This document shows positions 19,933 to 29,516 of a DNA stretch of 46,706 bases, piece after piece. The number at the start of each line of letters is the position of its first letter. Positions within the stretch are counted from its first letter, which is position 1. The notes under the pieces were generated by a model. The model was not told the DNA's origin. It saw only the letters and a program-made list of their open reading frames with translations, and did not search any database. This DNA is from a bacterium (GTDB lineage: Bacteria; Patescibacteriota; Minisyncoccia; Phycocordibacterales; UBA9973), in assembly GCA_027484965.1 (NCBI GenBank), contig JAIXRY010000009.1, positions 1-46,706 on the forward strand. Reading direction: 5' to 3'. The translations under genes were made by a program, and so were the position numbers.

Positions 19933-21090
19933 CTATTCACCAGAACTTTCCATTACAACTTCTTTCATGCGATTGCGTACATTTTTCAATATTTCATCGC
20001 GAAGTTTTGGATTATCTTTCATAAATGTACGAGTTGCGTCATATCCACGCCCAAGCTTCACTTCTTTTTGTGTTTCAAAAGAATCTGCTTTGTCTTCAGT
20101 ATCTTCTGCCTTTTCAGCTTTAGATTTCTTTCCAGATTCTTTTGGAATTATTTTGATATCTTCGTCTGGGCGAGTGTATGTATAACTCACACCTCCAGCC
20201 TTTGATATGATTCCAAGTTTTTCACCTAGTGCTATAAGTTCACCTTCGAGTGATATTCCTTCACCATAAATAATATCGAACTCTGTTTGTTTGAATGGGG
20301 CAGCGACCTTATTTTTTACAACTTTCACACGAGTGCGACTTCCTACCACTTCTTCACCCTTTTTTATTTGTGCAATACGGCGAATATCGAGACGAATAGA
20401 AGTGTAGAATTTTAGAGCTTTTCCTCCTGGGGTTGTTTCTGGATTACCAAACATAACACCAATTTGCATACGGATTTGGTTGATGAAAATAACAACAGTG
20501 TTTGAACGAGCAACAATTGCTGTTAGTTTACGAAGAGCTTGAGACATAAGACGAGCTTGTTTTCCTACATGTTGAGCACCCATATCTCCTTCGATTTCAT
20601 CTTTTGGAGTAAGAGCTGCAACAGAATCAACAACTACAACGTCTATTTTTCCAGAACGAACAAGACTCTCTGTTATTTCAAGTCCTTGCTCTCCTGTATC
20701 TGGTTGTGAAATGAGAAGGTCGTTAATTTTAACACCAAGATTTTTTGCATATTCAGGATCCATTGCATGTTCAGCATCTATATATGCACATACACCGCCT
20801 TTCTTTTGAGCTTCTGCGACTATATGTAGAGCTAGAGTACTTTTACCTGAAGATTCAGGTCCATATATTTCAATCATTCTTCCGCGAGGCATTCCTCCTA
20901 CACCAAGCGCAATATCAAGACCAATAGATCCTGTTGGAATAACATCGACATTTACTTTTGGAGTTTGACCAAGTTTCATAATTGCTCCTTCACCAAATTT
21001 TGTTTGGATTGAACGAATTGTATCGTCAATACCGGCAGTTCCTACTGCTTCTTTCATTACTTTTACTTTTGTAGATTTTTTGAGGGCCAT
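19933..21090 (-). CDS. recA: Recombinase A
   Basis: [48 protein letters not shown]. Confidence 0.99.
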   Translation of the reverse strand: MALKKSTKVKVMKEAVGTAGIDDTIRSIQTKFGEGAIMKLGQTPKVNVDVIPTGSIGLDIALGVGGMPRGRMIEIYGPESSGKSTLALHIVAEAQKKGGVCAYIDAEHAMDPEYAKNLGVKINDLLISQPDTGEQGLEITESLVRSGKIDVVVVDSVAALTPKDEIEGDMGAQHVGKQARLMSQALRKLTAIVARSNTVVIFINQIRMQIGVMFGNPETTPGGKALKFYTSIRLDIRRIAQIKKGEEVVGSRTRVKVVKNKVAAPFKQTEFDIIYGEGISLEGELIALGEKLGIISKAGGVSYTYTRPDEDIKIIPKESGKKSKAEKAEDTEDKADSFETQKEVKLGRGYDATRTFMKDNPKLRDEILKNVRNRMKEVVMESSGE

Positions 21091-21118
21091 ATATGTAGAT
21101 AGTTAATTAATATACTGT

Positions 21119-21562
21119 TTATATTTTACTTGCACTCGGCGGACCATCGAGTGAGTCATTCTGAATAATTTTTGTTTCTATGTTTGCCCCAATTGGTGGA
21201 GAGATTGTTTCTTTTTCCACGAGAAGTTGATAAGTTTTTTTGTTTGCTTTGCCAAACCTATCATATGCTTTTACTGTGAGTACTGTGTATCCTGAGGGGA
21301 GTCCTAGAGATGCTTGCCAGTTTCCTTTTTGATCGATAGGTATAGGATTGTCATTTATATATAGTTCTTTTGTGTTTTTTGTTGTTCCAGAAAGATTGAA
21401 CGCTCCACCATTAATAGTAGTCCCGTTCTCTAAATCATCAGATGAAAAACGAGCACCTTCTATAAGAGGGAAGAATCTAGACACAGTAAAGGTAATAATA
21501 ATACTAAAGAGTACTATTAAACCTTTTTTCTCTGTACTTGATTTTTTCCACCACGATATCAT
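21119..21562 (-). CDS. Membrane-anchored protein with one Ig-like domain
   Basis: N-terminal TM; LSGT...LYIND...GYTVLTVKAYDRFG Ig-fold pattern. Confidence 0.7.
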   Translation of the reverse strand: MISWWKKSSTEKKGLIVLFSIIITFTVSRFFPLIEGARFSSDDLENGTTINGGAFNLSGTTKNTKELYINDNPIPIDQKGNWQASLGLPSGYTVLTVKAYDRFGKANKKTYQLLVEKETISPPIGANIETKIIQNDSLDGPPSASKI

Positions 21563-21564
21563 AA

Positions 21565-23805
21565 TTATATTTCAGGTTCATTTACTGGTTCATTTTCACG
21601 ACCACCAAGCACATCACGAGGTTTTGCACCATTTCCTGGTCCTACAATACCGCGTTCTTCAAGAATATCTATTAGACGCGCCGCGCGAGCATAGCCAATA
21701 GAAAGTTTTCTTTGTAAGAATGATGTTGAAGCTTTTCCACTCTCAATAACTATTTGCTTTGCTGTTTCGTAGAGATCGTCATCATCATTATCTCCTTCGA
21801 TACTACTTTCAAATATAGATTTATCACTAGAAATGTTTGTTCCTGAAATATCAATAAGATTTGGGATTTCGTCCTTGTATGCTTCACTTAGATATTTTAC
21901 AACTTTCTTTACTTCTTCTTCTGTAATATATGCAGATTGTAGACGGTTTGGCTGACCTTCACCTCCAGAATAGAGCATGTCTCCAGCTCCTAGAAGTTTT
22001 TCAGCTCCGACAGTATCAAGAATTGTGCGAGAGTCTATACCTGTAGGAACACGAAGAGCAATACGAGTAGGAACGTTTGCTTTAATAAGACCTGTAATAA
22101 CGTTTACTTCAGGGCGTTGTGTTGAAAGAATAAGGTGGATACCGACAGCTCGAGACATTTGAGCAAGGCGAACAATAGCCGCTTCAAGCTCTCTTGGATA
22201 TGCCTGCATAATATCTGCGAGCTCATCGATGATAATCACAATATAAGGCATTTTGTCTGGACCTGTACCTTCAATAGCGTCTTTTGGTGCTTTGTATGTT
22301 TTTACAATGTTGTCGTGATAAGACTCGATATCACGAACACTTTCTGACTGAAGGATATCGTATCTTCTTTCCATCTCTTTTGCTGCCCATTTAAGCGCAA
22401 GAATAGCTTTCTTGGCATCTATAATTACAGGTGTGAGTAGGTGAGGAATTTTATTATAAAGAGTGAGCTCAACACGCTTAGGGTCCACCATGATAAGCTT
22501 CAATGCTTCTGGTCCATTTCTATACAGAAGTGACGCCACGATAGAGTGGATAGTTACAGATTTACCAGATCCAGTTGTACCTGCAATCAATGCATGAGGG
22601 GCTTTCGCCATGTTTACATAGTGAGGTTTACCGGCAACGTCACGACCAAGAGCGACAGTGAGAGGTTTTGGTGCACTTTGGAATCTTTCATCAGAAAGAA
22701 GAGCTCCAAGTCCAACCATGGCTTTTGTCTTGTTTGGAATTTCTATACCCACGAGAGACTTTCCTGGGATAGGTGCTTCGATACGAACAGGGTGAGCGGC
22801 AAGTGCAAGAGCGAGGTCGTTTTGAAGACCTACGATACGAGAAAGTTTTACTCCAACAGCAGGCTTCAGAGCATAGCGAGTGAATGTTGGTCCAATAGTA
22901 ATTTCATCCATCTCGACTTCAATACCGAAGTTGAGTAGTGTTCGTTTTATGATATTTGCATTTGCTTTGATGTCTCCAACATTTGCCTTACCTTTGTCTG
23001 CTTCAAGAAGATTGAGTGGTGGAGGAACATAAGTTGCGTGTTTTGTGAATGCATTTTTTTGAATTTTAAAATCACCAACTTCATCACTAAAATCTGAAAT
23101 TTTTGTCTCACGTGTCTTCGCTTCGCTTTGAGAATTTTCGACAGCTTTATTTTCTTTTGCGTCGACTGCCATCCCTTCGATAACTTCTGGAACTTTGTTT
23201 GGATCAAAAGTCTGCCCTGCGACAAATTCTTCGAATTCTTCACCCTCGTCTTTTTTGTGTAGTTTGTTTTTTATCCATTCAATGAGAGGGGTGATGTGTG
23301 GACGTCTATCGAAGAGTACAAAGAGTGACCCTACAAGTATTGCTGAAAGGAAGATAACAGAAACATAAACATCAAAAAGTTTTATGAATGGCCATGATAC
23401 AAACGATCCTATATATCCAGCAGATTGCTTACTTGCAATATCAAGAAGTCCAAGTGATGTTAAGAAGAAAAGAGAAGCGCTCGCTGTATGAATTTTTGCA
23501 AGGTGAGGTCTCTCGGGTTTCAAAAAAGAGATACCTAAAATTGTCCCCAAAATAGGCAGAAGAAAGTATCCATAACCAAAAAGTGAGTATAATCCTTTGT
23601 ATGTATAAGAACCCACAACACCTGCTTTTTTGAGGGCTGCAAGTGTGAAGAAGAGCACTAAAACAAAAGTGATCAATGCGTATATTCCGTGTCTTGTTTC
23701 ATCCTTTAAAAAACTTTCTTTTGGTTCAATTTGGTTGTTTTTTGAACCTCTTACCTTTGATGATTCAGTGTCATCTTTTTTTGTTTGTGTGTTCTTTTTA
23801 GCCAT
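21565..23805 (-). CDS. ftsK: DNA translocase FtsK/SpoIIIE
   Basis: N-terminal TMs, RIEAPIPGK, GTTGSGKS, IIDELAD, C-terminal gamma domain LQRKLSIGYARAARLID. Confidence 0.97.
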   Translation of the reverse strand: MAKKNTQTKKDDTESSKVRGSKNNQIEPKESFLKDETRHGIYALITFVLVLFFTLAALKKAGVVGSYTYKGLYSLFGYGYFLLPILGTILGISFLKPERPHLAKIHTASASLFFLTSLGLLDIASKQSAGYIGSFVSWPFIKLFDVYVSVIFLSAILVGSLFVLFDRRPHITPLIEWIKNKLHKKDEGEEFEEFVAGQTFDPNKVPEVIEGMAVDAKENKAVENSQSEAKTRETKISDFSDEVGDFKIQKNAFTKHATYVPPPLNLLEADKGKANVGDIKANANIIKRTLLNFGIEVEMDEITIGPTFTRYALKPAVGVKLSRIVGLQNDLALALAAHPVRIEAPIPGKSLVGIEIPNKTKAMVGLGALLSDERFQSAPKPLTVALGRDVAGKPHYVNMAKAPHALIAGTTGSGKSVTIHSIVASLLYRNGPEALKLIMVDPKRVELTLYNKIPHLLTPVIIDAKKAILALKWAAKEMERRYDILQSESVRDIESYHDNIVKTYKAPKDAIEGTGPDKMPYIVIIIDELADIMQAYPRELEAAIVRLAQMSRAVGIHLILSTQRPEVNVITGLIKANVPTRIALRVPTGIDSRTILDTVGAEKLLGAGDMLYSGGEGQPNRLQSAYITEEEVKKVVKYLSEAYKDEIPNLIDISGTNISSDKSIFESSIEGDNDDDDLYETAKQIVIESGKASTSFLQRKLSIGYARAARLIDILEERGIVGPGNGAKPRDVLGGRENEPVNEPEI

Positions 23806-23830
23806 AGAAATATAGACTAATTATATCATG

Positions 23831-24835
23831 TAAGACATATGAAATCATAGAAAAAACCTTATAAAACAAGAATAAAAAGTCCGCAAGTTGTGCAATGTCT
23901 TTTTGAGCGTATAATAAAGACATCAAATTTTTATCAACTGTCCAATACTCATAAAAGACAAATTAACAGACAATATGGAACACTTAAAAGACATACAAAA
24001 AAAGACACAAAGTATAGTCACTGCGCTGTACATGGTTTCTGATTTTATGAATGATAATGAGCCTGTTAAACTAGAACTCAGAAGTATTGGTGTGTCCTTG
24101 ATTAAAGATGTACTCTCTCTCCAAATGTCTGATAGAGGTGAGCACTACAAGAGAGTCTCAATTGTTCGTTACAAGATTGCAGAACTTCAAACTCTGATAA
24201 GTCTAGGACGAACTCTCGGAATGGTGTCCATGATGAATTCAAAACTTTTAGATGACGAGCTTGTGAGTCTTTCTCATGCATTAGAACATGTAAGACCTAT
24301 TGAAAATATAAAATCAAAATCATTCATTCTTCCAGAAAATCTTTTTAAAGAAGAATTTAAAAAAGAAACTGTTCTAGCTGATCGAGATACGACATCGATT
24401 CATGCAGAAAAGAGTGTCAGAGATTATAGTGTCGCCAGTCCTGTTAATATTGGAAATAGTTCATTTCAAAAATTCTCTTTTGAAAAAAATAGTACAGGAA
24501 GTGACATGTCTCACACCAACACTCTTCCTAAAAGGACAGATGAAAATGTAATCATAAAGACAGAAATAAAAGACAATAGAAAAAAAGAAATAATGGACAC
24601 AATTAAAAGACAAGGAGGAGTGTCAGGTGTAACTATAAAAGACATTACAAAATTGTTTACAGATGTAAGTGAGAAAACAATACAAAGAGAACTAACAGAA
24701 ATGCTTCAAAAAGGACAAATTAAAAAGACAGGTGAAAAACGCTGGAGTAGATATTACCCTCTATAAAATTCTTTAAGAATTTATTAAAAGACATTAATTT
24801 TAAAATTAGGGATTTATTAAAATTACTATAGGACA
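23831..24835. repeat. Dense array of short (A/T)A(A/G)GACA / TGTC motifs across promoter, CDS and 3' flank
   Basis: By hand count about 28 GACA/TGTC in about 1.07 kb (23769-24835), 11 of them AAAGACA/TGTCTTT. They occur in all three codon phases and in non-coding DNA. Confidence 0.75.
23975..24766 (+). CDS. Four-helix-bundle (Avd/23S-IVP-like) domain, linker and C-terminal DeoR-like winged HTH protein
   Basis: N-terminal KKTQSIVTALYMVSDFMNDNEP..ELRSIGVSL...IAELQTLISLGRTLGMVS; C-terminal TIKDITKLFTDVSEKTIQRELTEMLQKGQIKKTGEKRWSRY. Confidence 0.8.
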   Translation: MEHLKDIQKKTQSIVTALYMVSDFMNDNEPVKLELRSIGVSLIKDVLSLQMSDRGEHYKRVSIVRYKIAELQTLISLGRTLGMVSMMNSKLLDDELVSLSHALEHVRPIENIKSKSFILPENLFKEEFKKETVLADRDTTSIHAEKSVRDYSVASPVNIGNSSFQKFSFEKNSTGSDMSHTNTLPKRTDENVIIKTEIKDNRKKEIMDTIKRQGGVSGVTIKDITKLFTDVSEKTIQRELTEMLQKGQIKKTGEKRWSRYYPL

Positions 24836-24845
24836 GATTTAATCA

Positions 24846-24886
24846 AAAAAAGGAGCGGGACCCAACAGGGTCCCGCTCCATTTTTT
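24846..24886. terminator. Strong intrinsic terminator
   Basis: ggagcgggaccc-aaca-gggtcccgctcc flanked by A and T tracts. Confidence 0.85.
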
Positions 24887-25102
24887 ACCAATCACGACTC
24901 TTACATACTACACCTTACAACTACCAAAAAGTGACCATCCAGAAACCTTTGAATTAATGTCTCTAGTATTTTTATAAAAGTAGAGAAAAATTATTTTTCA
25001 ACGTTTTCCACATTGATTTTTATTTCTTATTCATCTTCATTTAGGTATACTTATCTTTGTATATATTACGTGCATTTTTTTATGTATTGTGGTAATATAC
25101 AA

Positions 25103-25500
25103 GTATCCCTCCAAGGAGTGAGCTATCGACACAACTTGGTTCCCGAGCGGTTTTACGTAAGGGTAAAAGGGGATATATCGAAGCGGAACGATCATTGACA
25201 AATGAATAGGAAATACAAAGTGATGCCGACTGCGTATTTTCGCTCGTTCGTTTATCAATATCTTCCGTGTATCGGCCATGTCGACACGGCAGATTCAATC
25301 TTTCCAAACCCACATTGTGAATTTGAATTAATCGCATAATTCTCTAATTAAAATAATTTTGATTTTTGACTTATAACTTTTGATTTGAATCTACGGTGTG
25401 GGTTTGGAGAACCCTAACCGCATACATCTTAGTTTGTCGAAACTAACTATCAAGTATGCAGTATTACAAAATTGGTAACTCATTTAAAAGTGTTATCAAA
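25103..25500 (+). ncRNA. Long structured 5' leader (or ncRNA) upstream of the S-layer-like gene
   Basis: TGG-TAATAT -10 at 25090-25098. Helices gtatccct/ggggatat, ccgtgt/acacgg, tccaaacccaca(25303)/tgtgggtttgga(25397) and gcatac/gtatgc. Confidence 0.55.
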
Positions 25501-25527
25501 TAATACAAAAGTTTTTTAAATTTAATT

Positions 25528-28500
25528 ATGAATAAATTCTCATCAACAACTTTGAAAGTTGTTGCTGCTGGAGTATTCGCTTTTGCTATGGCGTTCGCGT
25601 CAACAGCAAGTGCTTACACTTTCACAACAACACTTAGACAAGGTTCAAGAGGAGTAGCTGTTCAAGAACTACAAAAGTTTTTGAATGCTTACTCTTCAGA
25701 AACAGTAGTTGCTACTTCTGGCGCAGGTTCAGCAGGTAAAGAAACTACATCTTTCGGTCCAGCTACTAGAAGAGCAGTTATCGCTTTCCAAAAGAAAAAC
25801 GGTCTTGCTCAAGTAGGACAAGTTGGTCCAGCTACTCGTGCTCTTCTTAACGGAACAAGTACAGGTGGTGGTTCAAATCCAGTAACAAATACTAATGGTG
25901 TTTCAAGAGCTACAACAAGTCCAGCTTCAGGAACTCTTATTGCTACACAAGCTAATGCAAAACTTCTTGATATGACTTTTGCTGGTAACTACACAGTTAC
26001 TAATGTAAAACTTATGAAAGGAGGTATCTCAACAAACTCAGCACTTTCAAACATTTACTTGTTTGATGGCGCAACACGTTTGACAGATGCTGCAACAGTT
26101 AACTCAATGGGAGAAATCTCATTCAACGCTCCATCAGGTCTATTTATGGTAAATGGTTCAAAAACTATTTCTGTAATGGCTGATGTTGCTTCAGGTACAT
26201 CAGGACAAACAGTTTCTGTTAGCTTTGCTTCTGCTATGGCAGGAACAACAGCTGTTACAGGATCTGCAGAAGGTAGTACATTTACTATAGCTGCAAATCC
26301 TTCTAACATGTCAACAGTTTCATTTACATCTTCAACTGTTACTCCTTCAGGAGCAACATTGAACACAGGTTCAAATGTAACTCTATGGCAATCATCAGCA
26401 ACTATTGGAAACAATGATGTTTTCTTTGATCGCGTTGCTTTCCGTCAAGTTGGTTCAGCTCCAGCTTCAGCATTTGCAAACTTCAAACTCTATGTAAATG
26501 GAACACAAGTTGCATCAGCTGCTGGTCTTGACTCAAACGGTTATGTAACATTCGTTCCTACATCTCCTGTTCGTCTTCTTTCAGGGACTCGTATAATGCG
26601 TGTTGACGCAGACGTTGTTTCAGGAGCATCACGTACAGTACAGCTTTCTCTTAGAACAGCTGCAGATGCAGGATTCCGTGATTCACAACTTGGTGTTAAT
26701 GTAACTGCTGCAGGTCTTCCTGAAGTAGCAACAACAGCAAGTACAATCGCAGGATCAACAGGTGGTACTATTACTATCGAAAAAGATGTAACATCACCTT
26801 CACAAAACGTTGCTCTTTCAAGTAACGATGCAGTGCTAGGTATCTTCAAAGCAACTGTATACGGTGAACCTGTAAAAGTTGAAACTCTTACAGTTGGAGG
26901 AACATACTCTGTTACTTCTACTATCCGTAACGGACGTCTTTTGATTAACGGTACACAATATGGTTCTACAGCAACTCTAGTTCCAGCAGGTACATCATTT
27001 ACTACAAACTACACAATCTACCCAGGTACTCCTGTTATGATTGAAGTTCGTGGAGATATATTTGACAATGACGGAACACAAAGTTTTGTTGGTGGAAGTA
27101 CAATACTTACAACAATCGTTGCAGGTTCAGCTAATGGTCAAAAAATGGATTCACTTGGATCAGTAGATGTTCCAGCTGCAAACGTAAGTTCAAATACATT
27201 GACTGTTGGTACAACAGCAATGACTTTGTCTAGAAATGCAACATACACAAACCAAACAGTAGTTCTTCCACAAACAGCTTACAAAGTTGGTTCATGGAAT
27301 CTAGTTGGTTCTTCAATCGAAGATATTCTTTTGACAACATTGTCATTTGATATTGATTCAGTAACAAACACTACATTTAGTGCAGCTGACATGACAAATG
27401 TTTACGCTGTTATTAAGTCAGGTGGCGCAACAGTTCTTACAACTTCACCAGTTGGAACAGCTACTGCAGCTGATAACAATGTTTCTGTTAACTACACTCT
27501 TGCTAAAAACGCAAGTATCACAGTAGAGTTCTTTGCAACTCTTGGTTCAACAGTAACAGCGGCTGACTCAGTTAAAACAGACCTTACTGTAACAGGACAA
27601 TCACTAACAAGTGGAAGTTCAATTACAGCAACATCTGCTGATACTGATGGACAAACATTGACAGCAGGTGCAGGATCATTGACTATTACAGCTGATGCTT
27701 CAACACCTACAAGTCCAATCGTTTACTCTGATAACCAAACAGTTCGTACAGCAGCATTCAAATTTGCTTCTGTAAACACTGGTTACAAAGTTACAGACAT
27801 TACTTTGACAATCCCTGCAGCTGGTGCAACTATTGCTAATACAGTAAATATTTCATCAACAACAGGATCATTCTCAGCTTCAATGACTGCAGGTGCAACA
27901 ATGACATTCTCTGGTCTTAACTGGAATATTCCAGCTAACACAAATGCAGTATTGAATGTAGACCTAGTTCTTGGATCTGTTGGATTCTCAGCAGGTACAT
28001 CAGGAGCAAGTCTTGCAACTGCTTTGACAGACGTAACAGCAACTTCTGCAGCTACAGGTGTATCTGCAGCAGCGACAGAATCAAATCCAGCAGGAACAAC
28101 ATTCTACGCTTACGCAGCAACTCCAACAATCACTCAAACAGAACTTTCTAGTTCAGAAAGTTTGCTTGGAACAGGTACAAAGAATGTTGCTAAATTCGCT
28201 GTTTCTTCAAATGGAGGTGAAATCTCTTGGAAGAAATTGATCTTCACTGTAACTCGTGCAATCTCAGGTACTGATACTCTTGCAACACCAACACTTTGGG
28301 ATGCAGATACTAATACTCAAATTGCAGGAACACCAGCATTCACAGGATCTGTGGAAGCTGATGGCGGAACAGCAGGTACAATTACTTTTGTTGCTACTAA
28401 CGAACAACAAATTAATGGTACAAAGAACTACATATTGAAAGTAGTTGTTGCAGGTACAATTACAGATGGGGATAACCTAAACGTAAGTATCGCACAACCT

Positions 28501-28665
28501 TCTTCATACGTAGCTCCTGCAGCTTACGCTACAGTAGCTGGCACAACATCATCATTCACATGGTCTGATATGTCAGCTTCAAGTCACTCAGAGTCAACTA
28601 CTGACTGGAGTAACGGTTTTGGAATCAAGAATCTTCCAACAAATACTTGGACTCTTTCAAAATAG
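25528..28665 (+). CDS. Large secreted S-layer-like protein with N-terminal peptidoglycan-binding domain
   Basis: Signal peptide (...TASA|Y); PG-binding motif LRQGSRGVAVQELQKFL...FGPATRRAVIAFQ...GQVGPATRALLN. Thr/Ser/Ala/Gly-rich and Cys-free, with codon usage like highly expressed genes. Confidence 0.85.
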   Translation: MNKFSSTTLKVVAAGVFAFAMAFASTASAYTFTTTLRQGSRGVAVQELQKFLNAYSSETVVATSGAGSAGKETTSFGPATRRAVIAFQKKNGLAQVGQVGPATRALLNGTSTGGGSNPVTNTNGVSRATTSPASGTLIATQANAKLLDMTFAGNYTVTNVKLMKGGISTNSALSNIYLFDGATRLTDAATVNSMGEISFNAPSGLFMVNGSKTISVMADVASGTSGQTVSVSFASAMAGTTAVTGSAEGSTFTIAANPSNMSTVSFTSSTVTPSGATLNTGSNVTLWQSSATIGNNDVFFDRVAFRQVGSAPASAFANFKLYVNGTQVASAAGLDSNGYVTFVPTSPVRLLSGTRIMRVDADVVSGASRTVQLSLRTAADAGFRDSQLGVNVTAAGLPEVATTASTIAGSTGGTITIEKDVTSPSQNVALSSNDAVLGIFKATVYGEPVKVETLTVGGTYSVTSTIRNGRLLINGTQYGSTATLVPAGTSFTTNYTIYPGTPVMIEVRGDIFDNDGTQSFVGGSTILTTIVAGSANGQKMDSLGSVDVPAANVSSNTLTVGTTAMTLSRNATYTNQTVVLPQTAYKVGSWNLVGSSIEDILLTTLSFDIDSVTNTTFSAADMTNVYAVIKSGGATVLTTSPVGTATAADNNVSVNYTLAKNASITVEFFATLGSTVTAADSVKTDLTVTGQSLTSGSSITATSADTDGQTLTAGAGSLTITADASTPTSPIVYSDNQTVRTAAFKFASVNTGYKVTDITLTIPAAGATIANTVNISSTTGSFSASMTAGATMTFSGLNWNIPANTNAVLNVDLVLGSVGFSAGTSGASLATALTDVTATSAATGVSAAATESNPAGTTFYAYAATPTITQTELSSSESLLGTGTKNVAKFAVSSNGGEISWKKLIFTVTRAISGTDTLATPTLWDADTNTQIAGTPAFTGSVEADGGTAGTITFVATNEQQINGTKNYILKVVVAGTITDGDNLNVSIAQPSSYVAPAAYATVAGTTSSFTWSDMSASSHSESTTDWSNGFGIKNLPTNTWTLSK

Positions 28666-28698
28666 TCTAACGTAAATCTTGGTCAGGTAACTTAAACC

Positions 28699-28734
28699 AA
28701 AAAAGAAAAACCCCGTAAGGGGTTTTTCTTTTTG
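28699..28734 (+). terminator. Intrinsic terminator
   Basis: aaaaagaaaaacccc-gtaa-ggggtttttcttttt. Confidence 0.85.
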
Positions 28735-28750
28735 TGATATACTATAAAAT

Positions 28751-29407
28751 ATGGAAAATAAGAAAAAAATAATCATAACAATATTATCTTTATTAATAGT
28801 TGCGGTATTAGTTTTTTTGTATACAAAAAACAATAAAAAAGAAAATATAACCCAAGAAGATAATTCAAAAAATGAAGAATTAAATTTGGAAAAAACAGAT
28901 AAAGAAGATGTTGTTGAAAGTGTTGAAAAGCAAGTAAGCACAAAAAAATACCAAGAATTTATGGATTTAGGTGATAGTTCTGTTAATAAAAAAGACTATA
29001 GCAGTGCTATATCTTATTACAAAAAAGCGCTTTCTTTTGGTGAGAAAGATGTTGTTTATGCAAAGATTTATAACGCCTATCTTGCTAGTAAGGATATAAA
29101 AAACGCCACAATAGCCTTAAATAAGGCAATTACAATAAATCCAGAATATACTCTATATCACATATGGTCTCTTGAACTCCAAAGATCTGTTGTTTCTTAT
29201 GACAAATTGGTTGAAATTTATAAAGACGGATATTTAAAATCAATAAAAGAATCTAAAGTTAATCTAATTACATCTTTTGCTAGAATTTCAGAAGAATTAG
29301 GTAAAAACGATGAAGCTATAAATCTTTGGAAAGACGCTCAAATTGTAAGTCCAGACAAAAAAGATATGTATCAAGCAGAAATTGATCGTATATCTTCAAA
29401 AAAATAA
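28751..29407 (+). CDS. Membrane-anchored TPR protein
   Basis: N-terminal TM; TPR patterns LGD...KDYSSAISYYKKAL and AITINP. Confidence 0.8.
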   Translation: MENKKKIIITILSLLIVAVLVFLYTKNNKKENITQEDNSKNEELNLEKTDKEDVVESVEKQVSTKKYQEFMDLGDSSVNKKDYSSAISYYKKALSFGEKDVVYAKIYNAYLASKDIKNATIALNKAITINPEYTLYHIWSLELQRSVVSYDKLVEIYKDGYLKSIKESKVNLITSFARISEELGKNDEAINLWKDAQIVSPDKKDMYQAEIDRISSKK

Positions 29408-29449
29408 TTTAATTTAACAAAAAAACTACTTAACGAGTAGTTTTTTGTT

Positions 29450-29469
29450 TGTGGAAAAACTGTGGATAA
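29450..29469 (-). promoter_or_regulatory. Tandem DnaA-box-like pair
   Basis: TGTGGAAAA (29450) and perfect TGTGGATAA (29461), reverse complement of TTATCCACA. Confidence 0.45.
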
Positions 29470-29516
29470 ATCTCTTTTTGCAAGAGATGTAAAGACAATG
29501 ATATAATAAGCCTATT

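Noticed and set aside
23975-24766. Diversity-generating retroelement suggested by the Avd-like domain
   Set aside because: No reverse transcriptase and no TR/VR repeat pair with adenine-specific mismatches were seen in the window.
25050-25078. dif-like site near ftsK
   Set aside because: Only one arm loosely resembles XerC binding sequence; the conserved XerD arm TTATGTTAAAT is absent.
25013-25337. Short ORFs upstream of the S-layer-like gene; tmRNA or RNase P identity for this region
   Set aside because: The ORFs overlap one another with atypical composition. No tRNA-like tmRNA ends or RNase P GAGGAAAGUCC core were found.
29450-29469. oriC suggested by DnaA boxes
   Set aside because: Only two boxes in a short intergenic gap, with no dnaA/dnaN and no change in gene orientation. 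At most a regulatory site.
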